Shown: positions 33,064-43,571 of the stretch, in pieces
Position numbering within the stretch: the stretch's first letter is position 1
Layout of the letters: each line of letters begins with the position of its first letter
Source of the DNA: a virus
DNA: 64,000 nt
IMG/VR virus record: IMGVR_UViG_3300031857_000025
Direction: 5' to 3' (one strand)
Made by a program: the position numbers and the translations under genes
Notes under the pieces: generated by a model
The model's input: only the letters and a program-made list of their open reading frames with translations
The model's database searches: none
Told to the model about the DNA's origin: nothing

Positions 33064-33800
33064 TACACGCAGTTATATTATATTCTACTAATGATTATAG
33101 ATTTTTTGATACTTGTATATCAAATCTAATTAAATCTAACATTCACTGTCATATTGTTACATATTCTCATATGTGGAATGGTTCGGTAGAAAATTATGAA
33201 TTACTTGAAAATAGTATATCACAATTTAAAGGTAATAAGTTAGTTAATTTGTATAACATTGATTGGACAGAAGGACAGTCTCCATGGTATTGGGAAGCAT
33301 TGGGTCGATATTTAGCTACGCAGGAAGTATCTGATGATAGTGAATATATACTGTACATTGATATTGATGAAATTATTGATATTGATGATTTTAATATTTG
33401 GAAAAGTAATAATTTCTTAAATTATCAATCATATGATTTGATTAGGTTACCTAACTATTGGTATTTTAGAGAACCAATATACCAAGCTACATGTATTGAA
33501 CATAGTCCAATACTCGTAAACTCACAAATAGCTAAAGTATTACCATTTTATCCAGGCGGCAGAAATGTATACATTGATAGAATTTATAACAAACTAACAG
33601 ATAATTCACAACCATTTATACATCATTATTCATGGGTACGTACTAAAGAAGAAATGTTACGTAAGGTAAATAACTGGGGACATGATAAAGATAAAAATTG
33701 GTCTGAATTAGTCGAAGAAGAATTTCTTAGACCATTTAATGGTACTGATTTTGTACATAAGTATTCATATACTATAGTAGATAACAAATTTAATTTATAA
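33060..33800 (+). CDS. GT-A fold glycosyltransferase-like protein
   Basis: IDIDE, HHYSWVR. Confidence 0.65.
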   Translation: MIHAVILYSTNDYRFFDTCISNLIKSNIHCHIVTYSHMWNGSVENYELLENSISQFKGNKLVNLYNIDWTEGQSPWYWEALGRYLATQEVSDDSEYILYIDIDEIIDIDDFNIWKSNNFLNYQSYDLIRLPNYWYFREPIYQATCIEHSPILVNSQIAKVLPFYPGGRNVYIDRIYNKLTDNSQPFIHHYSWVRTKEEMLRKVNNWGHDKDKNWSELVEEEFLRPFNGTDFVHKYSYTIVDNKFNL

Positions 33801-33805
33801 AAATA

Positions 33806-34429
33806 ATGAAACAGTTAACAACAATAGGGTTACAGACTAACACTGATAAAGCAACGTACCATAGATTTACGGAAATTTATGATGATATATTCTCACAATA
33901 CACATCGCCTAGAATTTTGGAAATTGGTGTATATAATTTTGCTTCGATAGCAATGTATCAACAATACTTTAATAATCCATATATAGTAGCTATGGATATA
34001 GATGATAAGTCGCAATATGTTAATGATAGTTGGAAATTTGTACATGGTGATCAAACTAAAATTGAGGATTTAGCTAAATGTGTATGTGATGAGAGTGAAA
34101 AATTTGATATTATTCTAGATGACGGTGGACATACTATGAAACAGCAGCAAATAACTTTTGGGTTTTTAATAGATTATGTGAAACCTGGAGGGTATTATAT
34201 ACTAGAAGATCTTCATACTTCATTCAGACGTGATTATATTGACAGTGATTGTAAAGTAACTACGTATGATATGTTAATTTATATATACAACAATGAGTTA
34301 AATTTTAGTAATTATATAGATATGACCCAACAAAATAATATACTAAATAAAATCGACGATATAACAATATGGGCTAAAGATACTGATAATTTATATGACA
34401 GTGTCACTGCTATAATAAAGATAAAGTAA
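33806..34429 (+). CDS. class I SAM (sugar O-)methyltransferase
   Basis: TDK, LEIGV, GDQ, DDGGH, GGYYILED. Confidence 0.8.
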   Translation: MKQLTTIGLQTNTDKATYHRFTEIYDDIFSQYTSPRILEIGVYNFASIAMYQQYFNNPYIVAMDIDDKSQYVNDSWKFVHGDQTKIEDLAKCVCDESEKFDIILDDGGHTMKQQQITFGFLIDYVKPGGYYILEDLHTSFRRDYIDSDCKVTTYDMLIYIYNNELNFSNYIDMTQQNNILNKIDDITIWAKDTDNLYDSVTAIIKIK

Positions 34430-34435
34430 TTTAAT

Positions 34436-35161
34436 ATGTTAATAGCAACACTTAACCATAACCTACCTGAGTTAACAGATAATCTTGTTAATCAACTTAA
34501 ACGTGATCCATTATTTACGTCATGTGAATTAATGGTCATTGATAATGGTTCAAAAACTCAATTAGCTAAATCAACCACTCATCAGTTACAAGAAAATATT
34601 TTCTTCGGAGGCGGACTAAATGCAGCTATTGAGTATTTTTTATCTACAGACCATGACTATCTATATTTTCTAAATAATGATTTAATATTTCATGGACCTG
34701 CATTTTTAACAGTGTCACTTAAAGAAGCAAAAGAATCGGCTGCTGCAGTATATTCACCGTCTATTATCAATGCATCAACTGATCAGTGTCATTGGCGTCA
34801 GATGTGGAACTGGGGTCAAGGTCTACGTGATGTTAAGTGGATTGATTTTCAATGTCCATTATTACGTAGAGATGTTTTAGAAATTATACGACAATATCCA
34901 GAAGAATTAATATATGGATGGGGAAATGATTTTTATACAGGATGTATTTCTGAACAATATAATTTAAAAACAGTTGTATCAGATACTAATACTATTTGTC
35001 ATTTGAATTCACAAACATTTGCTCAAAATAAAATTGATATTGGCGTTTCTGAGTTTTGTCGAAGAGCCGAAACAAATATGAATAACTTTTTTAGGAATTC
35101 TGAAATGAATTCATTATACTTAAGTTTAAGAACTTATAGCGAAACTTATGACCCTAGATAA
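34436..35161 (+). CDS. GT2 glycosyltransferase
   Basis: IDNGS, LNND, GWGND. Confidence 0.75.
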   Translation: MLIATLNHNLPELTDNLVNQLKRDPLFTSCELMVIDNGSKTQLAKSTTHQLQENIFFGGGLNAAIEYFLSTDHDYLYFLNNDLIFHGPAFLTVSLKEAKESAAAVYSPSIINASTDQCHWRQMWNWGQGLRDVKWIDFQCPLLRRDVLEIIRQYPEELIYGWGNDFYTGCISEQYNLKTVVSDTNTICHLNSQTFAQNKIDIGVSEFCRRAETNMNNFFRNSEMNSLYLSLRTYSETYDPR

Positions 35162-35780
35162 TTTAGCGAACAAATATGACACGGATAAAGGCCCGGAAGG
35201 TCATATGTACACTTCTAAGTATAGCATTTACTTAGAAGCTTATAGAGATATAGAATTTAATCTTTTAGAAATTGGCGTATATAACGGAGCATCTGTTAAA
35301 ATGTGGAAAGAGTACTTTCCAAAAGCGAATATAGTAGCTATAGACATTGATCCTAGATGTAAAGAATATGAAGAAGACAGAATTACTATCCATATAGGAG
35401 ATCAGACAGATGTGAATTTTTTAAATGAAGTGTTTGATAAACATGGTCATTTTGAAGTGATATTAGATGATGGTGGGCATTCATTTAAACAGCAAATCAT
35501 TTCATTTGAAACTTTATTTCCTAGATTGACGTCAGGCGGATTGTATTTTCTAGAAGATATGCATACATCATACAGACCTAAAAGTATATGGGATGATTAT
35601 TATATTACGGGAGTAAACTATTTTAAAAATTTAATTGACGCCGTAAATCTAAATGGCAAAAGCTTTTGTGGTTATAAAGAAATTAATAACCAGCCATTAA
35701 CCTATTTAGAAAGAAATGTAGACTATATACATTTTTACAAAAGTATGTTAACAATCGGAAAAAAAGAAACTAGTCTATGA
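35148..35780 (+). CDS. class I SAM methyltransferase, paralog of 33806
   Basis: TDK, LEIGV, GDQ, DDGGH, GGLYFLED. Confidence 0.8.
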   Translation: MTLDNLANKYDTDKGPEGHMYTSKYSIYLEAYRDIEFNLLEIGVYNGASVKMWKEYFPKANIVAIDIDPRCKEYEEDRITIHIGDQTDVNFLNEVFDKHGHFEVILDDGGHSFKQQIISFETLFPRLTSGGLYFLEDMHTSYRPKSIWDDYYITGVNYFKNLIDAVNLNGKSFCGYKEINNQPLTYLERNVDYIHFYKSMLTIGKKETSL

Positions 35781-36586
35781 TATCATGCGATTTTAACGGC
35801 CGATTAGGAAATAATTTATTTCAAATAGCTACTGTAGTATCATTGGCTAATCAAATCGGCATTGATTTTATTTTACCAGAGTTAACGCATGCGGGTCATA
35901 GAGGTGACATACCAGTCGATTTAAGTATGTTTGCCTATCCTTTTAATCGAGGTAAGAATGAAATTGATCATGAATATCATGAATCTTCTTTTGAATACGG
36001 TTATATCGAGCCTAAAGATAAATTAAATTTAGGAGGATTTTTTCAATCATGGAAGTATTTTGAAAATATCAAAGAGCTACTATTAAATAAATACTTTATT
36101 CCATCGTCTAATGTTTTAGAAGGATTGAGTAAGTATATAATATCTGATAATAGCTTAGGAATTAGTGTTAGACGCGGTGACTATTTAATGTTACAAGATA
36201 ACCATTGTGTTTTAGATGTTACATATTATCAAGAAGTACTTGATACATATTTTCAAGATAATATTGACCAAATATTTGTATTTTCAGATGATCTGGATTG
36301 GTGTAAATCAATTTTTGGGCCTGAAGTAAATTATGTTCAAGACTCAATAGGAGTGCAATTATTCTTGATGACTAAGATGAAACATTTAATTTTATCTAAT
36401 AGTACTTTTGCATGGTGGGGTGGATATTTAAACCAGAATAGTGGAATTATAGTTGCTCCGAACCCATGGTTCGGACCCAATAACGCTAATATAAACACAT
36501 ATGATTTATATTATAAAAATTGGGTACTACACAATCATAATATTATATCACATGACTATCAGTTAACACTAAATATGTTTAATTAA
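35777..36586 (+). CDS. GT11 alpha-1,2-fucosyltransferase-like protein
   Basis: GRLGNNLFQ, VRRGDY, FSDD, NSTFAWWG. Confidence 0.88.
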   Translation: MISCDFNGRLGNNLFQIATVVSLANQIGIDFILPELTHAGHRGDIPVDLSMFAYPFNRGKNEIDHEYHESSFEYGYIEPKDKLNLGGFFQSWKYFENIKELLLNKYFIPSSNVLEGLSKYIISDNSLGISVRRGDYLMLQDNHCVLDVTYYQEVLDTYFQDNIDQIFVFSDDLDWCKSIFGPEVNYVQDSIGVQLFLMTKMKHLILSNSTFAWWGGYLNQNSGIIVAPNPWFGPNNANINTYDLYYKNWVLHNHNIISHDYQLTLNMFN

Positions 36587-36587
36587 T

Positions 36588-37463
36588 ATGAAAATAATGC
36601 ACATAATATACCAGATGCATGTAACGTGGTTTGAAACTGAAATGGCTCTTGAAACTATGCAATCCGTTAAAGAAGCTATTACGTATACAAATCTACCAGT
36701 TAAAATTAAATTATGCTTTAATAAGCAAACAAAATTTGACACACCGATTAATAAGACTATTGATGATATGTTTATTGAATTACTGGAACATGATTTAGTT
36801 AAACAATCTGAAATAACTTGGAAGACGGATGATGATGAATTTTATAATGTCGGCGATTGGCGTCGTGATTGTTATGACGCCAATAATATTACTATCTGGG
36901 GCGAGTCTGATTGCTTAGTACCTACTACATATTTTGGATATATTGAAAACATATTTACATCTAATATATCATATCCGTTTATAGTTACAATTAAGCAAAA
37001 GAAAATGTGGGATGAATCATGGGGACCTACCGAACATGAAGCGTTTCAAAATTTTAATTTAGATCAAGTACGTTCCATAAATAATAAATTTGTTACAGGT
37101 GAAGGATTATTAAATTTAGATGAATTAAATACATTTAATAATGCATTTAGTGAATTTCATGATCTTAAGTCTATAGATTATTATAAAGGCGATGGCGCAT
37201 TAGTTTGTTTGAGTCCAAATATGCCAGTACCATTTATATCACCTAAACTACATATGTGCGGCGAGGATACATACTTTTTTAATTACTGTCGTATAAAACA
37301 AATACCTATGTATACTATTGCATATTATATGAAAGGTCATAATACAGCACATCCTAAAAAACGTACTAATCATACTCGGAGCCAATCACAACATCATGAA
37401 TTTTCATTATTTGATAATAATATGAGAATAGTCGCATCAACTAGTTTAAATGAATTATTATGA
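36588..37463 (+). CDS. putative GT-A glycosyltransferase
   Basis: WGESD, GED; position within the glycosylation island. Confidence 0.45.
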   Translation: MKIMHIIYQMHVTWFETEMALETMQSVKEAITYTNLPVKIKLCFNKQTKFDTPINKTIDDMFIELLEHDLVKQSEITWKTDDDEFYNVGDWRRDCYDANNITIWGESDCLVPTTYFGYIENIFTSNISYPFIVTIKQKKMWDESWGPTEHEAFQNFNLDQVRSINNKFVTGEGLLNLDELNTFNNAFSEFHDLKSIDYYKGDGALVCLSPNMPVPFISPKLHMCGEDTYFFNYCRIKQIPMYTIAYYMKGHNTAHPKKRTNHTRSQSQHHEFSLFDNNMRIVASTSLNELL

Positions 37464-38428
37464 TAATAACATCATGTCCGTTACGAATATCATTAGTAGG
37501 TGGTTCTACAGACAACCCACGTTTCTTAGAAAAGTATGGCAGTGGTTCTGTGATTAGTTTTGCATCCAACTTACATGTATATATTACTCTGCATCAGGAT
37601 ATATTTGGTGCTACTTCATTGGATAAGAAATATATTATCAATTATTCAAAACGTGAATCTGTAAATAATATAAAGCAAATCGAAAATGAGCTAGTACGTA
37701 GTTGTTTTGAATATCTTGATGTAGAACATCTGAATTGTTTTATGACATCTGATGTATTTTCAGTAGGATCTGGATTGGCATCTTCATCTGCATATTTACT
37801 TGCATTAATTAAATCTATATATGCATTACGTAAACAGTATGTTACTGAATTTGAGGTATGTAAAATAGCGGAACGTATTGAAAGGACATTTAATCCGTTA
37901 GTCGGTCAACAAGACTTTTATGGATCCATGGGTGGATTAAAAAAAATTAAATTTTATAATAAGTATGATCCTGAAATTAGATATCTAGATACGACTATTT
38001 TTAGTGATATGGATATGTATTTAGTATATACAGGTATAACACGTAGCTCTACAACAGTATTAGAGAGTTTAAATGTTGATAAGTCGGTTACATTACTAAA
38101 TGATGTTAATGACTTAGAAATAGCAATCAATACAAATGATTTAGATCTATTTCATAGCGTTATTAATAGAACATGGTCAAATAAAAAACAGACGTCTAGT
38201 GTTATTTGCGAAAATACTACATTAATTGAACTTGATAAGCGACTAACGCAAGATAATAATGTGTTATCTCATAAACTACTAGGCGCTGGTAATGGAGGGT
38301 ATTTTTTATTGTTTACCCGTAAGGGTATCGAATCTATTATACAAGGTTCTTATAATAACGTGAATAAAATTTATATATCCGATATTGGATTAAATACAAC
38401 TAACTTATATGATACTACAAGACTATAA
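37460..38428 (+). CDS. GHMP sugar kinase (HddA-like heptose-7-phosphate kinase)
   Basis: PLRISLVGGSTD, GSGLASS, GQQD, KLLGAGNGG. Confidence 0.85.
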   Translation: MIITSCPLRISLVGGSTDNPRFLEKYGSGSVISFASNLHVYITLHQDIFGATSLDKKYIINYSKRESVNNIKQIENELVRSCFEYLDVEHLNCFMTSDVFSVGSGLASSSAYLLALIKSIYALRKQYVTEFEVCKIAERIERTFNPLVGQQDFYGSMGGLKKIKFYNKYDPEIRYLDTTIFSDMDMYLVYTGITRSSTTVLESLNVDKSVTLLNDVNDLEIAINTNDLDLFHSVINRTWSNKKQTSSVICENTTLIELDKRLTQDNNVLSHKLLGAGNGGYFLLFTRKGIESIIQGSYNNVNKIYISDIGLNTTNLYDTTRL

Positions 38429-38909
38429 ACAATGCGTATCTGATATATCAGAACGTCAATTGGCAGAACTCAAGACTATTATTAATAATTACCATGACAT
38501 TATCATTTTAGGAAATGGCGGTAGTAATGCAATTAGTAGCCATATCGCAGAAGATTATACAAAGACGTTAGGAAAACGTGCATTATCCTTTAGTGACTCA
38601 GCACGTATGAGTTGTTATGCAAACGACTACGGATGGGAAAGGGCATATTCAATGTTTATAAAACATTTTGCAATAGACACTACGTTAGTAATTTTAATAT
38701 CATCATCTGGTAATTCAGATAATATATTACAGGCAGCAGAGTATTGTGTAGTACACAGTATACCATTTATAACATTATCAGGTTTTTTAGTTTCAAACAA
38801 ATTAAATAACTGTTATGGTAGTAAGTCTTTAATTAACTTCCATATTAATAGTAATGACTATGGTATTGTAGAATGTATTCATGAATTAATATTACATTCA
38901 GTGCTATGA
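38409..38909 (+). CDS. gmhA: phosphoheptose isomerase (SIS domain)
   Basis: GNGGS, ANDYG, ISSSGNS, E-x2-H. Confidence 0.8.
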   Translation: MILQDYKQCVSDISERQLAELKTIINNYHDIIILGNGGSNAISSHIAEDYTKTLGKRALSFSDSARMSCYANDYGWERAYSMFIKHFAIDTTLVILISSSGNSDNILQAAEYCVVHSIPFITLSGFLVSNKLNNCYGSKSLINFHINSNDYGIVECIHELILHSVL

Positions 38910-39622
38910 TATATTGTTTTGATCTAGATAATACAATTTGTAAAACTATTGATAAAGATTATAGTAATGCATTACCGGATCTTTATGTTATTAATTCTAT
39001 TAACCAATTATACGATAGTGGTAATCAAATAAAAATATTTACGGCCCGTGGCATGGGTCAGTTTAATGGTAATATTCATAAAGTGTATGATTACCATTAT
39101 ATGGCTACTAAAATGCAATTAGAGGCATGGAACGTAAAACATCATGAATTAATATTAGGTAAACCGTCATATGATATTTTCGTTGATGATAAAAATATGA
39201 CAGTTGAACTATTTAAGAAGTATGCAATACGAGGTGTAATTGCAGGAGCTTTCGATGTGATACATCCAGGGTATATACATATGTTTCAGGAAATGTCTAA
39301 ATTATGTACACATTTAACAGTATTACTACATACCGATCCTACATTGGAACGACCATCTAAATTAAAACCTATATTAACAATTGACGAACGTTGTAGTATA
39401 TTATCGTCTATTCGTTATGTGGATGATGTTATAGTATATAATACTGAAGATGAATTATATGAGATACTTAAAAATAGTGAGTTTAATATTAGGTTTTTAG
39501 GTAAAGATTATTTATATTCAGACTATACCGGAAAAGATTTACCTATTAATATACATTTTATCAATAGGGATCATGGATGGTCATCGACAAAATTTAAAAA
39601 ACTAATTGCATCTAACATTTAA
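38906..39622 (+). CDS. HAD phosphatase fused to a cytidylyltransferase-like domain
   Basis: FDLDNT, TARG, GKP, VDDK, then GAFDVIHPGY and SSTK. Confidence 0.8.
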   Translation: MIYCFDLDNTICKTIDKDYSNALPDLYVINSINQLYDSGNQIKIFTARGMGQFNGNIHKVYDYHYMATKMQLEAWNVKHHELILGKPSYDIFVDDKNMTVELFKKYAIRGVIAGAFDVIHPGYIHMFQEMSKLCTHLTVLLHTDPTLERPSKLKPILTIDERCSILSSIRYVDDVIVYNTEDELYEILKNSEFNIRFLGKDYLYSDYTGKDLPINIHFINRDHGWSSTKFKKLIASNI

Positions 39623-39633
39623 AGGATAATTAT

Positions 39634-40485
39634 ATGAATAGTAGTTTTGAAAAAAATATACATTATGTATGGCTAGGAAATGAGCCACATGAAATGATGT
39701 TTGTAGAGTATCTAAGTATAGTATCTTCTATAATGTATTGTCAACCGAAGTCTATAAACATATGGTCTGAAGTAGATTTTTATGGTAAGTATTATGAAGC
39801 ACTAAAAGACGTGTTAACGATACATAAAATAAAAAAGGATCTGGAGATATATGGTAATAAAATTATTCATACACCTATACACGGATGGTCTGATATATAT
39901 AGAAACTTGATTATTTATGAATATGGCGGCATTTACTGTGATTTTGATATATTATGGTGTAAAGATATCTCACCTTTATTAGAAAGTATAGATTCATTTG
40001 CTATAGCCGAACAGGGAATCCATGGCCGTGAAGGGTGTAATATGGGTGTTATGATCGGTGAAAAGAATCATAAATTCTGTGAAATGTATCTGCAACTATA
40101 TCAAAAATACGATGAATATGAACAAAAAAATCATATAGGTTTATTCTCAACACAATATCCTCAACAGATTGCATTATCAATTAAAGATGAAATGACAATT
40201 TTACCATATACAACATTCCATTGGCCGTTATATCATACAAATTCTATACGATGGTTTTATTTTAATCGACCCGATGATAAAAATACATTAGTAGATAATC
40301 TAAGTGGTCAGTTATCATCGGATACGTTACTTGATAATTATGCACATCATTGTTTTGGAATTAAACACCCTGGAATAAATGAGTATATTACAGAGGAATT
40401 TATACTTAATGAAGACACATCATTTACACGAAAAGCAAAGGCAGTATTAAATTATGGAAAAAATAACTTTTTGCATTCCAAGTAA
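39634..40485 (+). CDS. GT32 (DXD) glycosyltransferase
   Basis: IHYVWLG, SDIYR, YGGIYCDFD. Confidence 0.8.
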   Translation: MNSSFEKNIHYVWLGNEPHEMMFVEYLSIVSSIMYCQPKSINIWSEVDFYGKYYEALKDVLTIHKIKKDLEIYGNKIIHTPIHGWSDIYRNLIIYEYGGIYCDFDILWCKDISPLLESIDSFAIAEQGIHGREGCNMGVMIGEKNHKFCEMYLQLYQKYDEYEQKNHIGLFSTQYPQQIALSIKDEMTILPYTTFHWPLYHTNSIRWFYFNRPDDKNTLVDNLSGQLSSDTLLDNYAHHCFGIKHPGINEYITEEFILNEDTSFTRKAKAVLNYGKNNFLHSK

Positions 40486-41641
40486 ATCTAATTTGCGATA
40501 TCTTAAAACATGTATTCCATCTATACGCAAAAACGCATACAGAGAGGATCATGATATCATTGTATTTGTTGATAGCGACGAGGATGGTACAATAGAATGG
40601 CTAGATTCCATTAAAGACGAATATAACGTAAAATATTTTGTCAACCCAGAATTAGGTAAACGACTTTATGGCATCGGTAAGGCCTATGATTTTTGTATTG
40701 AGCAATCTATAACAGATGTCTTTATGATATTTCATGCTGATATGATGTTAGGTAAAAATGCAGACTATCTAGCATTCAAGCATCTCAAAGAAAAAACCGT
40801 AGTTTGTTCAACACGTGTTGAGCCGCCAATACATCCTAATAACGGTGAAAAAATCTTAATGGATTTTGGTATGTGGCCAGAAGAGTTTGATGCAAAAGAG
40901 TTTGACGAATTTACGGAACTGCATAAACATAACAATAAAACTACTGACGGTATATTTGCACCATGGATGATGTATAAAACAGATTTCATATCGCTAGGCG
41001 GCCATGATGCAATACTAAAGTCATGCAGAGAAGACTCAGATGTATTTAATAGAATGAAACTTGCTGGATATACATTTATTCAGCCATGGAATTCTTTAGT
41101 GTATCATTTAACGGGACGCGGAGCTGGTAGTTTTGATGGTGATACGACTAGGCATGAAGCTTGGAAAAAGGAAATGAATAATTCAACTAAGGAATTTATA
41201 CGTAAATGGGGATCTAATGTAAATCATACACCATTAATGCATCCTATAGTATCTAAAAAACGTAATATTGCATTTGTAATGAAAAATGGTAATTTGCCAT
41301 TATTAGAGGCATTAGAACCATGGTGTGATAGGATTTATGTAGATGAGCGATTTGCTATTGGCAAAGCCTATGACTATATTGAAATGGGACAAGAAAATAC
41401 ATCCTATGATTTACGTAAACGAGTATTAATGATAAATGAAAATGATCCAGAAGGAGAGAATGATGTAGTTGTAGTGTTTGACGGTAATCATGTTACCCAG
41501 CAAACATTCGAACTGCTGCAGCGTATGTCAGATATTATAACAGGTACAAATGATACCGGAGAATTTGAAATTGACTGTTTAACTATAATAGTCAATAGTT
41601 TAGAAACATATGAACATAATTTAATTAAAGTAGAAAAATGA
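40454..41641 (+). CDS. GT2 glycosyltransferase
   Basis: TFCIP, DGT, HAD, EDSD; N-terminus paralogous to 31621. Confidence 0.8.
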   Translation: MEKITFCIPSKSNLRYLKTCIPSIRKNAYREDHDIIVFVDSDEDGTIEWLDSIKDEYNVKYFVNPELGKRLYGIGKAYDFCIEQSITDVFMIFHADMMLGKNADYLAFKHLKEKTVVCSTRVEPPIHPNNGEKILMDFGMWPEEFDAKEFDEFTELHKHNNKTTDGIFAPWMMYKTDFISLGGHDAILKSCREDSDVFNRMKLAGYTFIQPWNSLVYHLTGRGAGSFDGDTTRHEAWKKEMNNSTKEFIRKWGSNVNHTPLMHPIVSKKRNIAFVMKNGNLPLLEALEPWCDRIYVDERFAIGKAYDYIEMGQENTSYDLRKRVLMINENDPEGENDVVVVFDGNHVTQQTFELLQRMSDIITGTNDTGEFEIDCLTIIVNSLETYEHNLIKVEK

Positions 41642-42546
41642 AACATGCAGTAATTGGCGGTGCAGGATTTATCGGACACCACATTGTTAACAAATTAATC
41701 GAACGAGGTGATGAGGTTATCGTAATTGATAATTTATCAACTGGATATTTAGCGAATGTACATGAAAAGGCACGTTTTCATCAATTTGATATTATCGACG
41801 AAGTAGCAGTAAAAGTTATATCAGATCTGCTGTATGGAGTAGATACTGTTTACTTAACTGCTGCATTAGCTCGAGTACAACCATCTATAGAACAGCCTAT
41901 ATTATTCAATGAAACTAACGTAACTGGCATGTTACGTGTATTAGAAGCATGTCGTACGGCACAAGTACGTCGTGTAGTCTTTTCATCGTCTAGTAGCGTT
42001 TATGGTGAAACGATAGTATATCCAACGCCGGAACATACTCCGGTTAATCCACTTAGTCCATATGCATTGCAAAAGTTTATTGGAGAACATTATTGTAGAC
42101 TATATAGTCAAATATATAATCTAGATACAGTATCATTACGCTATTTTAATGTATATGGTAATGGCATGCCATTAGAAGGGGCATATCGCTCCGTATTAAG
42201 TATCTTTGGTAATCAATATAAGAATGATCAGCCATTAACGTATACAAACGACGGATGTCAGTCTCGAGATTTTGTGCATGTGCATGATGTAGCTGATATT
42301 AATATACTTCTAGGAGATTATCATGAACCAATAATGGGGGACGTATATAATGTTGGTACTGGATATGATTATTCAGTAAATCAGATCATGGATATGTTTG
42401 GTAGCCCTCGACAGTTCCTAGAAAATCGAATAGAACCTATACGTACATTAGCTGATATAAGTAAATTACAAGCAAAGTTCGGATGGGAACCTACTGGTAG
42501 TTTAGCCGCCTTTATCGAACAGTATAAGAAAGATCTTAAATCATAA
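41638..42546 (+). CDS. NAD-dependent epimerase/dehydratase
   Basis: GGAGFIG, SSSSVYG, YALQK, RYFNVYG. Confidence 0.92.
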   Translation: MKHAVIGGAGFIGHHIVNKLIERGDEVIVIDNLSTGYLANVHEKARFHQFDIIDEVAVKVISDLLYGVDTVYLTAALARVQPSIEQPILFNETNVTGMLRVLEACRTAQVRRVVFSSSSSVYGETIVYPTPEHTPVNPLSPYALQKFIGEHYCRLYSQIYNLDTVSLRYFNVYGNGMPLEGAYRSVLSIFGNQYKNDQPLTYTNDGCQSRDFVHVHDVADINILLGDYHEPIMGDVYNVGTGYDYSVNQIMDMFGSPRQFLENRIEPIRTLADISKLQAKFGWEPTGSLAAFIEQYKKDLKS

Positions 42547-42563
42547 GTAATATTTATTATAGA

Positions 42564-42812
42564 ATGAACTACTATATTTTATTCCCGGATGACGCTCCGG
42601 AAGATGTTATAAAAGACACTAACCAGTTAGGTGAAGATAATGGTTTCGGAGTGTTCTGGGCAGGAACAGGTTTTCGTATACTACAAAAGCTAATCAATGA
42701 ACAACATGATATTGTTAATCATTTTAGTATTGTAACTGATCGTGGTAAGTATATATCAGTAGAAGAATTTCTAGATAAAATTTCAAAACTTAAAGTTAGG
42801 ATTCCAAATTAG
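42564..42812 (+). CDS. hypothetical protein
   Basis: ATATTTAT motif upstream. Confidence 0.6.
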   Translation: MNYYILFPDDAPEDVIKDTNQLGEDNGFGVFWAGTGFRILQKLINEQHDIVNHFSIVTDRGKYISVEEFLDKISKLKVRIPN

Positions 42813-42814
42813 TC

Positions 42815-42952
42815 ATGGGAAAGATTAATATCTATCAACTCGATGAGTTCGAGGAAGAAACAATTAAACATCAGAAAATCAAAAAACGTACAAAAAACGA
42901 AACAGATGATCAAAACACTGAAAAATCTATTAAAACTAAGCCTAAGAAGTAA
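42815..42952 (+). CDS. small charged protein (45 aa), not in the ORF track
   Basis: MGKINIYQLDEFEEE...KPKK fills the gap between genes. Confidence 0.45.
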   Translation: MGKINIYQLDEFEEETIKHQKIKKRTKNETDDQNTEKSIKTKPKK

Positions 42953-42974
42953 TATTTATTTCAAAAGGATTAGT

Positions 42975-43571
42975 ATGAATTATTCAAAAGACAAAATTGA
43001 AGCGGCAGTAAAATCAAAAGGTTATGTTTGGTTTGAAGATGCGACTAACAAAGGTTTTGATGTGAATATCGTCGGAGTACGTAACTCTGCAACAGGTAAT
43101 GCTGTAACAAATGTATTTGATGATCGTATGACAGTTTCTTATAAAGAGAATGGTGTATGGGTTTATAAAGAGTGGTTATGTACTACCGATCCAGGAACTA
43201 AAGGTGTTAAACAATATCATAATGCAGCCGGTGTTGCTCGTTTAGTAGAAGGACAATATCGTGGATCTCACCATTTAGGTTTACATCAAGGTAAGTATGA
43301 GGCATTAAAGCAAAAAGCAAATGTTAAAGTTTATCGTGATGCTAACCGTGACATGACTTATGATGAAACTAGAATACAAGAAGGTGTATTTGGTATTAAC
43401 ATTCATAAAGCCGGTGAAGATTCAACTTATGTTGAGAACTGGAGCGAAGGATGTCAAGTATTTAAGCGTGTAAAAGATTTCAATGAGTTCATGGAAATTG
43501 CTAGAAAAGCAGCTGCAATACATGGTAACAGCTTTACATATACATTAATTGAAAGTTCAGATATCAAATGA
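42975..43571 (+). CDS. YkuD/L,D-transpeptidase-fold peptidoglycan hydrolase (putative endolysin)
   Basis: TTDPG, GINIH...WSEGCQV His/Cys motif; start placed after the ATATTTAT motif. Confidence 0.55.
   Translation: MNYSKDKIEAAVKSKGYVWFEDATNKGFDVNIVGVRNSATGNAVTNVFDDRMTVSYKENGVWVYKEWLCTTDPGTKGVKQYHNAAGVARLVEGQYRGSHHLGLHQGKYEALKQKANVKVYRDANRDMTYDETRIQEGVFGINIHKAGEDSTYVENWSEGCQVFKRVKDFNEFMEIARKAAAIHGNSFTYTLIESSDIK

Noticed and set aside
42843-42974. N-terminal extension of the 242 aa ORF
   Set aside because: It overlaps a better 45 aa ORF and the ATATTTAT box; the start at 42975 is preferred
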